A stretch of 64,000 nt of DNA from Candidatus Omnitrophota bacterium. GTDB lineage: Bacteria; Omnitrophota; Gorgyraeia; Gygaellales; Profunditerraquicolaceae. The DNA is taken from the NCBI GenBank assembly GCA_025453445.1, contig JALOQJ010000001.1, positions 9,155-73,154 on the forward strand, in the 5' to 3' direction. A model generated the notes under the pieces. That model saw only the letters and a program-made list of their open reading frames with translations. It was not told where the DNA came from and did no database searches. This document shows positions 17,621 through 30,254 of this stretch, piece after piece. The position numbers and the translations under genes are program-made. Positions within the stretch are counted from its first letter, which is position 1. Each line of letters begins with the position of its first letter.

Positions 17621-18465
17621 TGTGGGCAGAAATATGTACCCCGGCCCCCTAAAGCAATCCTTTTAATCAAAGTCTTACAAACCAAACAAGGCTTGCCTTC
17701 ACGGCCGTAAACCTTATGGTATTTTGCATAACTGCCGGCTTCTCCGCTTAACTGCACATATTGATCCACAGAAGAGCCTTTATAATGTATCGCCTCAGAA
17801 AGCGTATCTTTTATTTCCTTAAATAAGGCGGCCTTTTCTTTAGCTGATAAAGACGAAGCTGGCCGCAGCGGATTAATTTTCGCCCTGAATAAAACTTCTG
17901 CCGCGTAAAGGTTACCTATTCCGGCAATAAACGCCTGATCCAGCAACAAGGGCTTGATTTTGGTTTTTTTTAGCGCCAGCATTCCGCTGAAACGCTCTAA
18001 AGTTAAATCAAACGGCTCAGGCCCCAGCCCCTGAATAAATTTTAATTTCTTCCAATCATCAACCAACCGTAATTCCGCAAACAACCTCTGGTCATTAAAA
18101 TCAAGGATTTTACCGTCGGAAAGCTTAAAGCTTACCCGGCTTAAACGGGCATTTCCCGGATATACAAGCCTTTCGGCTCGCTTCGCTCGCTCAGGGCTGG
18201 TGCTAGGCGGCATTCGAAGCACCAGTTGTCCGGTCATCTTTAGATGTATGGCTAAAGCTCTGCCTGAGGCGAGTTCCAGAATCAAAAGCTTGCCTTTACG
18301 TAAGACATTTTTTATTGTTTCATTGGTAAGCCCTTTAACAAAAAGCTCTTTTTTCGGCTCGCGGATCACTTTAGGATTATTTATCACTACATCAACAATC
18401 TTTTTACCTAAGATGTGTTTAACTAATCCTCTTTTAACGGTCTCAACTTCCGGCAACTCCGGCAT
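17608..18465 (-). CDS. mutM: Formamidopyrimidine-DNA glycosylase
   Basis: MPELPEVETV N-terminus and C-terminal zinc finger CLVCKT...CPHCQ. Confidence 0.8.
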   Translation of the reverse strand: MPELPEVETVKRGLVKHILGKKIVDVVINNPKVIREPKKELFVKGLTNETIKNVLRKGKLLILELASGRALAIHLKMTGQLVLRMPPSTSPERAKRAERLVYPGNARLSRVSFKLSDGKILDFNDQRLFAELRLVDDWKKLKFIQGLGPEPFDLTLERFSGMLALKKTKIKPLLLDQAFIAGIGNLYAAEVLFRAKINPLRPASSLSAKEKAALFKEIKDTLSEAIHYKGSSVDQYVQLSGEAGSYAKYHKVYGREGKPCLVCKTLIKRIALGGRGTYFCPHCQR

Positions 18466-18866
18466 TAATTTTTCTCTCCGATAATTTTCACCCAAACTTC
18501 ACGGTTACGCGGCCCATCCCATTCGCAAAAATATACCCCCTGCCATGTACCGAAGAGAAGCTGGCCCCCTTCGATAAAAATATTCAGGGATATGCCGAAT
18601 ACTCCGGATTTAATATGGCTGTCGGCATTACCTTCGCTGTGCGTATAATCCGCGCCTTCCGGGACAAGCTTGCTCAAGGCCTTAATAATATCGCGCTTTA
18701 CTGCAGGATCGGCATTTTCATTAATCGTCAGGCCTGCGGTAGTATGCGGACAAAAAACATAACAGATGCCATCTTTAATTCCACTTTTAGATACCACTTC
18801 ACGTATCTGATTGGTAATATCCACCAGTTCCGATCTTTTTGTAGTTTTTATCAACAGTTTTTCCAT
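18465..18866 (-). CDS. YjbQ/UPF0047 family protein
   Basis: 133 aa with CPHTTAGLTINEN-type motif. Confidence 0.7.
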   Translation of the reverse strand: MEKLLIKTTKRSELVDITNQIREVVSKSGIKDGICYVFCPHTTAGLTINENADPAVKRDIIKALSKLVPEGADYTHSEGNADSHIKSGVFGISLNIFIEGGQLLFGTWQGVYFCEWDGPRNREVWVKIIGEKN

Positions 18867-18868
18867 GT

Positions 18869-21800
18869 CTACCTCTTGGTTTTTGCTTTCTTATGATATT
18901 CCTGCAGTGATTTAACTCCCAGCCCTTTTTTCAGCATCGCTTCCATGCCATTAACAGTGGCCTGGGCACCGGAAATCGTCGTGGTATAAGGTATACCGTA
19001 AAGGATTACCTGTGAGCGGATTTTAATTTCATCCTGCCGCGGAATTCTCCCTGTCGGGGTATTGATTACCAGCTGGATTTTTCCGTCTTTCATCAAATCC
19101 AAGACGTTAGGCCTGCCTTCGGCTATTTTGGGAAGAATTTTAACCGTAATCCCGCTCGTTTCCAATGCTGCTGCTGTGCCGCTGGTAGCATAAATATGAA
19201 ATCCCAGATCCTGTAATTTCTTAGCCACAAAAACTATCGCCCGCTTATCTTTATCCCGCACAGAAATAAACACATTTCCCTTAGACGGAATGTTTTGCCC
19301 GGCAGCAAGCTGGCTTTTTATATATGCCAGGCCAAAATCACGGTCAATGCCCATGACTTCGCCGGTAGATTTCATTTCCGGGCCTAAGATTACATCCACT
19401 CCCGGGAAACGATTAAAAGGAAATACCGATTCTTTAACTGCAACATGTTTCGGAATAATCTCCTGGGTAAATTTCAGGTTTTTCAGTTTTTCTCCCAGCA
19501 TAATTTTAGTGGCTAATTTCGCTAAAGGAACACCTACTACCTTGGAAACAAAAGGCACGGTGCGGCTTGCCCGGGGATTAACCTCTAAAACATAAACTTT
19601 CTCATCCTTAACAGCATACTGTACATTCATCAGGCCTAAAACATTTAATTCTTTAGCCATCTTATAACTAGCCTCTCTAACTTTCTCCAGTATATCCTTT
19701 GATAAGGTGTATGTTGGTAAAGACATCGCTGAGTCACCAGAATGAATCCCTGCTTCTTCGATGTGCTCCATGATCCCGCCGATAACAAAGGTTTCGCCGT
19801 CGCCGATTAAATCCACATCCACTTCAATCGCATCCTCAAGGAATTTATCAATTAACACCGGGTGCTCTCCGGAAACCTCTGCTGCTTCTTTGATAAAACC
19901 TTCGAGTTTTTCTTCATCATAAACAATTTCCATTGCCCGGCCGCCCAAAACATATGATGGACGCACCAAGACCGGATAACCGATTTTTCTTGCTACTTCC
20001 CGGGCTTCAGTAAAATTAAAAGCAGTGCCGTTCTCCGGCTGTAATAAATCCAGCTTGTGCAACATCTGTTTAAAGCGCTTTCTGTCTTCGGCAATATCAA
20101 TACTCTCGGCGCTGGTGCCGAGAATATTTACTCCTGCCTTACGCAAAGAAACCGCTAAATTCAGAGGAGTTTGTCCCCCAAACTGCACAATTACTCCCAT
20201 CGGCTTTTCCTGTTCGATGATATTCATAATATCTTCAAAGGTCAGCGGCTCAAAATACAGCCTGTCCGAAGTATCATAGTCGGTAGAAACCGTTTCCGGG
20301 TTGCAATTTACCATAACGCTATCAATACCTTCTTCTTTCAAAGCATATGCTGCATGGCAACAACAATAATCAAACTCAATGCCCTGTCCTATGCGGTTAG
20401 GCCCGCCGCCTAAAATAACTACTTTTTTATTTTTACTCGGCCTTGCCTCGTCATTAGTTTCATAAGTAGAGTAGTAATACGGCTGCTTGGCATTAAACTC
20501 GCCTGCGCAGGTATCAACTAATTTATAAGTCGCTAATAAATTCTGTTTCTTGCGCGCTTCCCGCACTTTATCCTCCTTGGAATTCAATAAAAAACCCAAC
20601 TGCCTATCGGAGAAGCCGTCTTTTTTCGCCTCAAGCAACAACTCATAAGGGACTTTTACTTCATCCTCCGGCTTATGGCTCCTGAATTTTTTAATCTCTT
20701 CTTCCATCTCAACTAATTGTTTCATATTGTCAATAAACCACCTGTCAATATGTGTTAGTTCATAAATCTCATCTATCGACAGGCCTGCTTTCAGGGCGTA
20801 ACGGATATAAAAAAATCTTTCATCATTGGGAACACGGATTTTATCTTTAATTACTTTCAGCAGCCCGTTTTCCGGTTTTACCAGCATCTCGTCGGTAATT
20901 TTATCTTTGCCGTCTGCGCCAAAACCAAAGCGGGAAATCTCAATAGAGCGGATGCCTTTTTGCAAAGCCTCCTTAAAGTTCCTGCCGATGGACATTGCTT
21001 CGCCCACTGCTTTCATGGAAGTGTTCAAAACCCGCTCAGCGCGGGGGAATTTCTCAAAAGTAAATCTGCAGATTTTAAATACGCAATAATCAACTGTTGG
21101 CTCAAAGAAAGAAGTAGTTTTGCCGGTAATCTGATTCATTACTTCCGGCAGGGTAAAACCTATTGCTAATTTTGTTGCCACGCGGGCAATAGGAAAACCA
21201 GTGGCTTTGGAAGCCAGGGCAGAAGAACGGCTCAGCCGAGGATTAACCTCGATAATCACGATATGCCCATTATCGGGATTTTGCGCAAACTGAATATTCG
21301 CCCCGCCGCCGGAAATCCCGATTCTGCGGATAATTTTTTTGGATAGATTAACGAAGTTTGTATATTCTTCGGCGGTTAAAGTCTGGGCAGGTGCGACAAC
21401 TGCACTATCACCAGTATGCACACCCATGGGATCCACATTTTCCATGGAAGTAATCATAATTACATTGTCAGCGCAGTCACGCATAACCTCAAATTCAATT
21501 TCTTTCCAGCCTAAAACCGACTGCTCTACTAAAATCTGATGCACCGGGCTTGTTTCCAGGCCCTTAGCAAGAAATTTCTCCAATTCTTCTTTGTTATAAG
21601 CAGTTGCGCTGCCTGAGCCGCCTAAACAATATGCCGGCCGAAGAATTAAGGGAAAGCCGATACCTAATCCTATTTTCATTCCTTCTTCTACAGAAGTCGC
21701 AATTCCGCTTTTAGGCACATCCACACCGATTTCCTGCATTGCTTTTTTAAAAAGCTCACGGTCTTCTGCGCAGGAAATTGCTTCAACCGACGATCCGATT

Positions 21801-22144
21801 GACTCAACCCCGTATTTTTTTAAAATTCCCTGCTTCATCAGGAAAAATGCCAGATTAAGCCCGGTCTGGCCGCCCAGCGTCGGTAAAATTGCATCCGGCC
21901 TCTCTTTTTTGATAATTTCCGTAACCATTTGTACTGATAATGGCTCGATATAAGTTACATCTGCTAAGCCCGGATCAGTCATGATTGTTGCCGGGTTAGA
22001 ATTTACCAATATCGTAAAATAACCTTCCTCGCGCAGCGCCTTGCAGGCCTGCGAGCCGGAATAATCAAATTCACAGGCTTGTCCGATAATAATCGGGCCT
22101 GATCCAATCATAAGAATTTTTTTAATGTCTTTACGCCTTGGCAT
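18869..22144 (-). CDS. carB: Carbamoyl-phosphate synthase large subunit
   Basis: 1091 aa with duplicated ATP-grasp halves and an MGS-like C-terminus. Confidence 0.95.
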   Translation of the reverse strand: MPRRKDIKKILMIGSGPIIIGQACEFDYSGSQACKALREEGYFTILVNSNPATIMTDPGLADVTYIEPLSVQMVTEIIKKERPDAILPTLGGQTGLNLAFFLMKQGILKKYGVESIGSSVEAISCAEDRELFKKAMQEIGVDVPKSGIATSVEEGMKIGLGIGFPLILRPAYCLGGSGSATAYNKEELEKFLAKGLETSPVHQILVEQSVLGWKEIEFEVMRDCADNVIMITSMENVDPMGVHTGDSAVVAPAQTLTAEEYTNFVNLSKKIIRRIGISGGGANIQFAQNPDNGHIVIIEVNPRLSRSSALASKATGFPIARVATKLAIGFTLPEVMNQITGKTTSFFEPTVDYCVFKICRFTFEKFPRAERVLNTSMKAVGEAMSIGRNFKEALQKGIRSIEISRFGFGADGKDKITDEMLVKPENGLLKVIKDKIRVPNDERFFYIRYALKAGLSIDEIYELTHIDRWFIDNMKQLVEMEEEIKKFRSHKPEDEVKVPYELLLEAKKDGFSDRQLGFLLNSKEDKVREARKKQNLLATYKLVDTCAGEFNAKQPYYYSTYETNDEARPSKNKKVVILGGGPNRIGQGIEFDYCCCHAAYALKEEGIDSVMVNCNPETVSTDYDTSDRLYFEPLTFEDIMNIIEQEKPMGVIVQFGGQTPLNLAVSLRKAGVNILGTSAESIDIAEDRKRFKQMLHKLDLLQPENGTAFNFTEAREVARKIGYPVLVRPSYVLGGRAMEIVYDEEKLEGFIKEAAEVSGEHPVLIDKFLEDAIEVDVDLIGDGETFVIGGIMEHIEEAGIHSGDSAMSLPTYTLSKDILEKVREASYKMAKELNVLGLMNVQYAVKDEKVYVLEVNPRASRTVPFVSKVVGVPLAKLATKIMLGEKLKNLKFTQEIIPKHVAVKESVFPFNRFPGVDVILGPEMKSTGEVMGIDRDFGLAYIKSQLAAGQNIPSKGNVFISVRDKDKRAIVFVAKKLQDLGFHIYATSGTAAALETSGITVKILPKIAEGRPNVLDLMKDGKIQLVINTPTGRIPRQDEIKIRSQVILYGIPYTTTISGAQATVNGMEAMLKKGLGVKSLQEYHKKAKTKR

Positions 22145-22155
22145 AAGTGTTCTCC

Positions 22156-23229
22156 TTAATTAAGCATTTTAATAAATTTTTTCAATACCGGGTTGACTTC
22201 ATTAAAACCCGGGCTGGTTAAGTAATACTGCACGCCGAGAAGCTTCATTTTTTTGCTTTCCATTTCCTCGACGGTACGGTCATTCAGGTTAAACCCAGTA
22301 ACTTTAATACCCTTAATCTTATTCAGCGAATCAATATCCACCACCCAAGAATGGTTTTGAACGGTAATTTCACCTTTATAAACCGCCCTGCTAAGCACAG
22401 GGTAATTTACTCCCCGGTGCCCGAGTTTTAATTTGCTTAATTTAGCTCCTAAAGCACGAGCCAAAACCTGATGCCCGCTCGATATACCCAATATCGGCAG
22501 TTTATTAATCAGCCTTTTTAAATTCTCTGCCACTACATCCAAGCCGCTATCTTCTTCCGGGCCGTTGGAAACAATCAGGCCGTCTGGCTTCAAGCGTAAA
22601 ATCTCCTCAGCGCTGGTATTATACGGCAAGAGGATTAAAGAAAGGCCCAAAGTTTCCAGTTGTTTTACTATGCCTCGAGTAATCCCTAAATCCAAAACAG
22701 CAATTTTCTTCTTTGCCTTTGCCTTACCCAGATGGGTTATTTTATTTACCGAAATCTGCGCTAACAAACTTTCTTGTTGTTTTTTACGGAAGCGTTCGAT
22801 TTTTAAAAGCAAATCCTTGGGATCAAAACTTTCTGTAGAAATAATTCCTAACATCTGGCCTTTCTGTCTCAGGTGAACTGCCAAGGTGCGCGTATCTACG
22901 CCTGTTATCGAAAGCAATCCTTGCTCTTTGACAAAATCATCGAAGCTTGCCTTTGCTTGCCAGTTAGAATAAATCCGTGTTTTTTCTTTAATTACCAAAC
23001 CCGCCAGCCAAACTTTTTTTGATTCATTAAATTTAGGAGCAACTCCATAATTTCCGATCAAGGGATAGGTAAATACCAAAATTTTCCCGGCATTTGCAGG
23101 ATCTGTCATCATCTCCTGATAGCCCACTACTGCGGTATTGAGAATCACCTCACCAATAGCCTCACCTTTTACGCCTAGCGCTGTAGCGCTAAAACTCTTC
23201 CCATCAGCTAACATTATAATTGCCTTCAT
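22156..23229 (-). CDS. carA: Carbamoyl-phosphate synthase small subunit (glutamine amidotransferase)
   Basis: 357 aa; GATase with GISSGHQ. Confidence 0.9.
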   Translation of the reverse strand: MKAIIMLADGKSFSATALGVKGEAIGEVILNTAVVGYQEMMTDPANAGKILVFTYPLIGNYGVAPKFNESKKVWLAGLVIKEKTRIYSNWQAKASFDDFVKEQGLLSITGVDTRTLAVHLRQKGQMLGIISTESFDPKDLLLKIERFRKKQQESLLAQISVNKITHLGKAKAKKKIAVLDLGITRGIVKQLETLGLSLILLPYNTSAEEILRLKPDGLIVSNGPEEDSGLDVVAENLKRLINKLPILGISSGHQVLARALGAKLSKLKLGHRGVNYPVLSRAVYKGEITVQNHSWVVDIDSLNKIKGIKVTGFNLNDRTVEEMESKKMKLLGVQYYLTSPGFNEVNPVLKKFIKMLN

Positions 23230-23346
23230 ATTTTCTTCCTCCGCTCCACTTTTGCCATTTTTTTGCCTAATTTATGGGTCAAATACTCCACTTTTCTAGA
23301 ACAGCTATACATCCGATTAGTGTTATAACTTTTCCCCCGCATATAT

Positions 23347-23386
23347 TTATCCACATAGTAGGGGACGTTTAAACGTCCCCTACTAT
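23347..23386. repeat. TTATCCACA followed by a GTTTAAAC-centred palindrome (copy c, inverted orientation), abutting the tRNA-Arg 3' end
   Basis: TTATCCACA then ATAGTAGGGGACGTTT|AAACGTCCCCTACTAT. Confidence 0.5.
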
Positions 23387-23388
23387 TA

Positions 23389-23463
23389 TGGTGCGCCTGA
23401 CAGGAGTCGAACCTGTACCAACAGCTTCGGAGGCTGATGCCCTATCCATTGGGCCACAGGCGC
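23389..23463 (-). tRNA. tRNA-Arg (anticodon CCG), CCA encoded
   Basis: Acceptor GCGCCUG/CAGGCGC, anticodon loop CUCCGAA, T-arm ACAGG-UUCGACU-CCUGU. Confidence 0.9.
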
Positions 23464-23470
23464 ATTATTA

Positions 23471-24709
23471 TCAGAATAAGCTTAATTGTTTTTCACCTTG
23501 TGTTGCTTTTTCTTCATCCCCGAAAATCGAGATTTTGCCGTATTCGCCATCAAAACCCGGATCAATTTTAACCTTGCCTTTACGTACACGCAAAACCCCC
23601 TCTGCTATTCTAGCTGGTAGCCCTTTTAATAATTCTTCTTCTGAGGCACGCAGCAGAATATCAAACTCTGTGCCGAATTTTGCCACTAAAGAACGATATT
23701 CTCTTTCCACTGACACTGCGGTCTTAGCTACGCCTTTTGCCTCAGCCACAATCTCATCAAAAGGAACCATGTTTTTATAGGGAACTGCGTTGGACGGCAT
23801 ATATCCTTGCGGCCGGTCAGCCAACACATCTACCCGGTTCATTACACCCACAGTAACCGGTTTGCCGCATTCAGGGCATTTGCCTTGGAGCTTTTTAGTT
23901 TCTTCCGGCGAAAGCCGCGTATTACAAAGGCGGTGCCCGTCAAAATGGTATTTACCTTCTTCCGGAAAAAATTCTATAGTCGATAAAAATCTTTTCTTGT
24001 CTTTTGTTTTCAGCACTTCTCTGATGGTGCTGTAATTTAAATCGCAGTTAAAAATATTTGCCTCGCGGCCGATTTTAGCCGGCGAATGGCTGTCTGAATT
24101 ACTGATTAAACTGAATTTATCCAAGGCTGATACTCTCCAATTCATTGCCGGATCGCTCGATAAGCCGGTTTCCAAAGCAAATATTTTCGGGGTCTGATCC
24201 TCAAAACAGTCTTCAATCCGGTTAAATCCGGACATCGAACCAAAGACAGAAAACCACGGGGTCCAGGCATGTGCAGGAATAACCATACAATTCTCGTCGA
24301 TATCAAAGACAATCCGCGCTAATTCCGCGGCATCTAACCCCAGTATCGGCCGGCCGTCAGAAGCTAAATTCCCGCAGTTAGAAAGCGCGGCGTTAATTTT
24401 ATCCGTAGTTTTAAACGATGGGCTATAAATTAGGTTATGAATCCTGTAAGTTTTATTTTTCTTCGAATATATGCTGCTGATTTCCGCGCTTAAAATAAAG
24501 TTTATCCCCCGGTATTTAAACAAACCGTTGCCGGTATCCTCTAAATTATTTTTCAGCTCTTCCAGCCAGAGGTGGTGGGTAAAATCCCCTGTAGCCATCA
24601 GGTGAATGCCTTTTATTTTTGCCCACTCCGCAATATGCTGCACATCCATATCCCTGCTTGTAGCGCGCGAATACTTGGAATGGATATGAAAATCAGCAAT
24701 AAATTCCAT
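23471..24709 (-). CDS. PHP-domain nuclease, endonuclease Q-like (TIGR00375-type)
   Basis: N-terminal DFHIHSKYSRATS PHP motif plus C-terminal zinc ribbon CPECGKPVTVGV. Confidence 0.6.
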   Translation of the reverse strand: MEFIADFHIHSKYSRATSRDMDVQHIAEWAKIKGIHLMATGDFTHHLWLEELKNNLEDTGNGLFKYRGINFILSAEISSIYSKKNKTYRIHNLIYSPSFKTTDKINAALSNCGNLASDGRPILGLDAAELARIVFDIDENCMVIPAHAWTPWFSVFGSMSGFNRIEDCFEDQTPKIFALETGLSSDPAMNWRVSALDKFSLISNSDSHSPAKIGREANIFNCDLNYSTIREVLKTKDKKRFLSTIEFFPEEGKYHFDGHRLCNTRLSPEETKKLQGKCPECGKPVTVGVMNRVDVLADRPQGYMPSNAVPYKNMVPFDEIVAEAKGVAKTAVSVEREYRSLVAKFGTEFDILLRASEEELLKGLPARIAEGVLRVRKGKVKIDPGFDGEYGKISIFGDEEKATQGEKQLSLF

Positions 24710-25975
24710 TATTTACATACCTCCTCGTAAACAATTTTACCGCTCAGGATTGTATATTCTACCACGCCTTTAACTTTTCTGCCTAAAAAAGGAGAATTTT
24801 TAGATTTGGACACAATGGTTTCTTTCGTCAGAATGAATTCTCGGGCTGGATCTATAATTATTATATCCGCATCCTGCCCAACGCTCAATTGCCCTTTATC
24901 TACCCCAAGGATTTTTGCGGGGTTAAGCGATATTTTCCTAACCAATTCCGGCCAATCCAGTATTTGTTTTCCAATTAATTCCTGGACGCACACTGCCAAA
25001 CCGGATTCCAGGCCGATTTTACCGAATTCTGCCCGGTCAAACTCAATATCTTTTTCGTTTTCAGTATGTGGTGCATGGTCTGAAGCAATAGCATCAATAA
25101 TGCCGCTTCTTAATCCTTCCCGGATAGCTGCCAGATCTTCTTTGGCCCTCAAGGGCGGATTTATTTTCATATTAGTATCGTATCCTACAACATCTTCCTC
25201 TGAAAGAGTAAAATAATGAGGGGCAGTTTCACAAGTTACAGTAATGCCTTTTTTCTTTGCCTTGGCAATTATTTCTACGGACTCTTTGCAACTAACATGT
25301 GCAATATGGATTGCAGCCTTTGCCTTTTGCGCAAGCCCGATATCGCGCTCAACACGCAGGTATTCTGATTCCCGGGAAATACCGCGTAAACCAAGCTTTG
25401 TGGAAATAAACCCTAAATTTACTACGCCGTTTTTAGAGAGGGCTTTATCCTCGCAATGCGCAATGACTAAAATCTTCTCTTTGGCGGCTTTCTGCAGTGC
25501 CTTTAAAAATATCTTTTCATCATCTACTGACGCACCGTCATCAGTAATCGCAATCGCTCCGGATTTTTTTAAGCCGGCGATATCGGTAATTTCTTTTCCC
25601 AGGCGCGACTTCGTAATCGCTGCACTGATCAAAACATTGCACTGTGCGCTTTTTTTAATAATGCCTTTTAACAGCTCCGCATTCTCAGAAGAATCTATTG
25701 CCGGGCAGGTATTAGGCATTGCTAAAAGTGAAGTTACTCCGCCCTTTAAAGCCGCCTGTGTGCCGCTGGCAACGGTTTCTTTATCTTCCCTACCGGGCTC
25801 TCGTAAATGCACATGCATATCTACAATGCCGGGAATGACGATTTTAGCGCTGGCATCAATTATTTTGTCAGCTTTACTGGTAATTTCCTTTTGCAGGCAG
25901 GCAACTTTACCGTTTTCTATAAGCACGTCTAAGACGCTGTCGATGTTATTTGCCGGGTCGATTACGCGGCCGGAT

Positions 25976-25992
<17 letters not shown>
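24709..25992 (-). CDS. pyrC: Dihydroorotase
   Basis: DMHVHLREPG metal-binding motif; 427 aa. Confidence 0.85.
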
Positions 25993-27897
<1,905 letters not shown>

Positions 27898-27924
27898 TTA
27901 CTTTTTCCTCAGTGCCTCAGTGAC

Positions 27925-28074
27925 AAAAAAAACCCAACTGTTTATTTTATACAGTTGGGCTATTGTTTCGGTAATCTCCTTCATTGCTTCTCTCCCCTTG
28001 TCAGCCTCTCTGAGCTGAACTTAAAGGTTATTAATATTAACAATAACTATATCATTTCCGATACAAGATGTCAA
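27925..28074 (-). promoter_or_regulatory. pyr operon promoter plus PyrR-binding attenuator
   Basis: Minus strand: TTGACA, 17 nt, TATAGT (28074-28046). A PyrR-binding loop UUCAGCUCAGAGAGGCUGACAAGG at about 28015-27993. A terminator hairpin CCCAACUGU/ACAGUUGGG followed by U8 (27959-27925). Confidence 0.7.
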
Positions 28075-28081
28075 GGAGATA

Positions 28082-29563
28082 TTATAAATTCATGGTTTTA
28101 ATCAGGGCGTCGACAACTTTCTTCTCATAGCGCTCACCCACATGCCGCAGCAATTCTTCTTTTGCCTGAGCAAAATCCTTGGCTTTTTGGTACGGCCGGT
28201 CTGTAGTCATAGCGTCGAAGCAATCTGTTACCGCCAAGATCTTTGCTTCCAGTGATATCTGATCTCCTTTAAGATGATCCGGGTAGCCCTGGCCGTTCAG
28301 CCACTCATGATGGTGGCGGATAGCATCGCGCAAATGAGAAAAACCGTGCAAGGGAATAATAATGCCTTCGCCGATAACCGGATGCTGTTCTATAATTTGC
28401 CGCTCAGTATCATTGAGCATGCCGGCCTTGAGCAATATCTCGTCGCTGATGCCGATTTTTCCGACATCATGCAACTGGGCAGCCTCCTGAATTGCTTTAA
28501 TGCGCTGCTCGGGCAATTGCAGCTCCCGGGCAATTTTTACCGAGTATTCACCAATACGATCAGAGTGGCCGCGGCTGTAAACATCCCGCGCCTCTACTGC
28601 CATGGCCAATGCAGAAATAGTTTCAAAATAGGCCTTTTCATTATCGGCATTTAAGCGTGCGTTCTCTAATGCCAAAGCCACCTGCGCGGAGATATTGGAG
28701 AGAATTGCCAGCTCGTCTTCTTCGAAATTATTACCCTCTTTTTTGCCGCTTAATAAAATTACTCCCAAGACCGTATTATGGAACACCAGCGGCGCAGCAA
28801 TCAAAGGAAGCTCAAAAGCAGCTGTTGTGCTAGCCTTATGCAGGCGCGGGATAAATAAAGGCTTTTTATGTTTAATTACCCAACCGGCTACTTCTTCCTC
28901 GACGGGAATTCTCCTGCCTTTTTCATACCCGGGGTCAAGATTATAAGCTGACCTTACTACCAATTCATTTTTTTCCGTATCCAGCATCAGCAATAGCCCT
29001 GTTTTCGCACCCAGGGCATCCACCGTAGTATTTAAAATCAACTCAAGAAAAGTATCGATATTTTCCGCAAAAGATACACCGCTGGCGATTTTCAGCAGGA
29101 TATCCTGAACTATCTTCCTGGATTTTTCCAGCTGCTTGATATTATCTTCTAATTGGCGCACAATCTCATTAAATGAATGCGCCAGCTGGTTTACTTCGTT
29201 ATCTCCTCCTGTTTTTATATGAATCCGCCGGGTTAAATCGCCCTTCAGTATATTTTGCGCATCTTTGGAGACCCGGGTTAAATTAATAAAAGTCTGGCGC
29301 ATACTGATAAATCCGATTAAAGCGAAAATACCGATTAAAAACACTGCCCAGAAAAAAAGCGTAGAACTGATCTTAATTGTGCCGGTTGAAACAGAAAGAA
29401 AAAACAAAATGGCAAGCACAATAAAGGGGAAAAAAGACATGAGAGAGAAAAATACGGAGAATTTTCTAATTACAGGGGCATCGTCAACGGATTTTAACTT
29501 CTGAATGGGTGACTTCGCTATTCTTTTCATTGCGATAGGTTTATTATACAAAGAGGGCTGCAT
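28082..29563 (-). CDS. Membrane-anchored HAMP-GAF-HD-GYP domain protein (cyclic-di-GMP phosphodiesterase type)
   Basis: N-terminal TM segments, with HD...HHEWLNGQGYP and DAMTTDRPY motifs. Confidence 0.8.
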   Translation of the reverse strand: MQPSLYNKPIAMKRIAKSPIQKLKSVDDAPVIRKFSVFFSLMSFFPFIVLAILFFLSVSTGTIKISSTLFFWAVFLIGIFALIGFISMRQTFINLTRVSKDAQNILKGDLTRRIHIKTGGDNEVNQLAHSFNEIVRQLEDNIKQLEKSRKIVQDILLKIASGVSFAENIDTFLELILNTTVDALGAKTGLLLMLDTEKNELVVRSAYNLDPGYEKGRRIPVEEEVAGWVIKHKKPLFIPRLHKASTTAAFELPLIAAPLVFHNTVLGVILLSGKKEGNNFEEDELAILSNISAQVALALENARLNADNEKAYFETISALAMAVEARDVYSRGHSDRIGEYSVKIARELQLPEQRIKAIQEAAQLHDVGKIGISDEILLKAGMLNDTERQIIEQHPVIGEGIIIPLHGFSHLRDAIRHHHEWLNGQGYPDHLKGDQISLEAKILAVTDCFDAMTTDRPYQKAKDFAQAKEELLRHVGERYEKKVVDALIKTMNL

Positions 29564-29598
29564 GATGTCAATTAATGAATAGGGCTAAAGATCGGCCT

Positions 29599-30252
29599 TT
29601 ATATTATTACAACAAATTCCCCGCGCGGCCTCTGGGATTTAAGTTTTTCTGAAATTTCTTTTGCGCTTCCGCGTATTACCTCTTCGAACTTTTTGGTCAG
29701 CTCCCGGCAACAGGCAATCTCCCTGTCTCCAAAAATAGCTTCAACATCTTCCAGGGCAGCCAAAATCCTGTGGCAGGATTCATAAAAAATCAGCGTATAT
29801 TTTAGTTGTGCCAATTCTTTCAGCCGGTTACGCCGGCTAACAGGCTTATTCGGCAGGAAACCTTCGAAAATAAATTTATGCGCCGGCTTGCCGGAAAGCA
29901 CCAGAGCATTGACAAACGCAGCTGCGCCCGGGATAACCGTTATTTCAATATTGTTCTCTATGGCTAAATTAATAATATTATACCCGGGATCGAGTATGCC
30001 CGGTGTGCCGGCATCAGAAACTAACGCTACGGATTTGCCTCCCTGCAGTAATTTAAGCAGATACTGAGCTTTGGTTAGACGGTTATGCTGATAAAAACTG
30101 GTAGTAGGACGTTTAATGCCATAATGGCTAAGCAGGATATTGGTATGGCGGGTATCCTCACAAGCAATCAAATCAACGGATTTCAAAACTTCTAAGGCAC
30201 GAAGTGTTATGTCTTTAAGATTGCCTATTGGAGTAGCAACGATATACAACAT
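29599..30252 (-). CDS. rsmI: 16S rRNA (cytidine1402-2'-O)-methyltransferase
   Basis: Tetrapyrrole-methylase fold with MLYIVATPIGNLKDIT. Confidence 0.8.
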   Translation of the reverse strand: MLYIVATPIGNLKDITLRALEVLKSVDLIACEDTRHTNILLSHYGIKRPTTSFYQHNRLTKAQYLLKLLQGGKSVALVSDAGTPGILDPGYNIINLAIENNIEITVIPGAAAFVNALVLSGKPAHKFIFEGFLPNKPVSRRNRLKELAQLKYTLIFYESCHRILAALEDVEAIFGDREIACCRELTKKFEEVIRGSAKEISEKLKSQRPRGEFVVII

Positions 30253-30254
30253 GA

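Noticed and set aside
23388-23780. 130-aa ORF overlapping tRNA-Arg. Similar ORFs are 46789-46971 over tRNA-Cys, 47596-47841 over tRNA-Leu, and 63142-63324 inside repeat locus C.
   Set aside because: They are translations across or antisense to tRNA or repeat sequence (for example the GVEPV/GREGVEPSR peptides characteristic of antisense tRNA). They are not genes.
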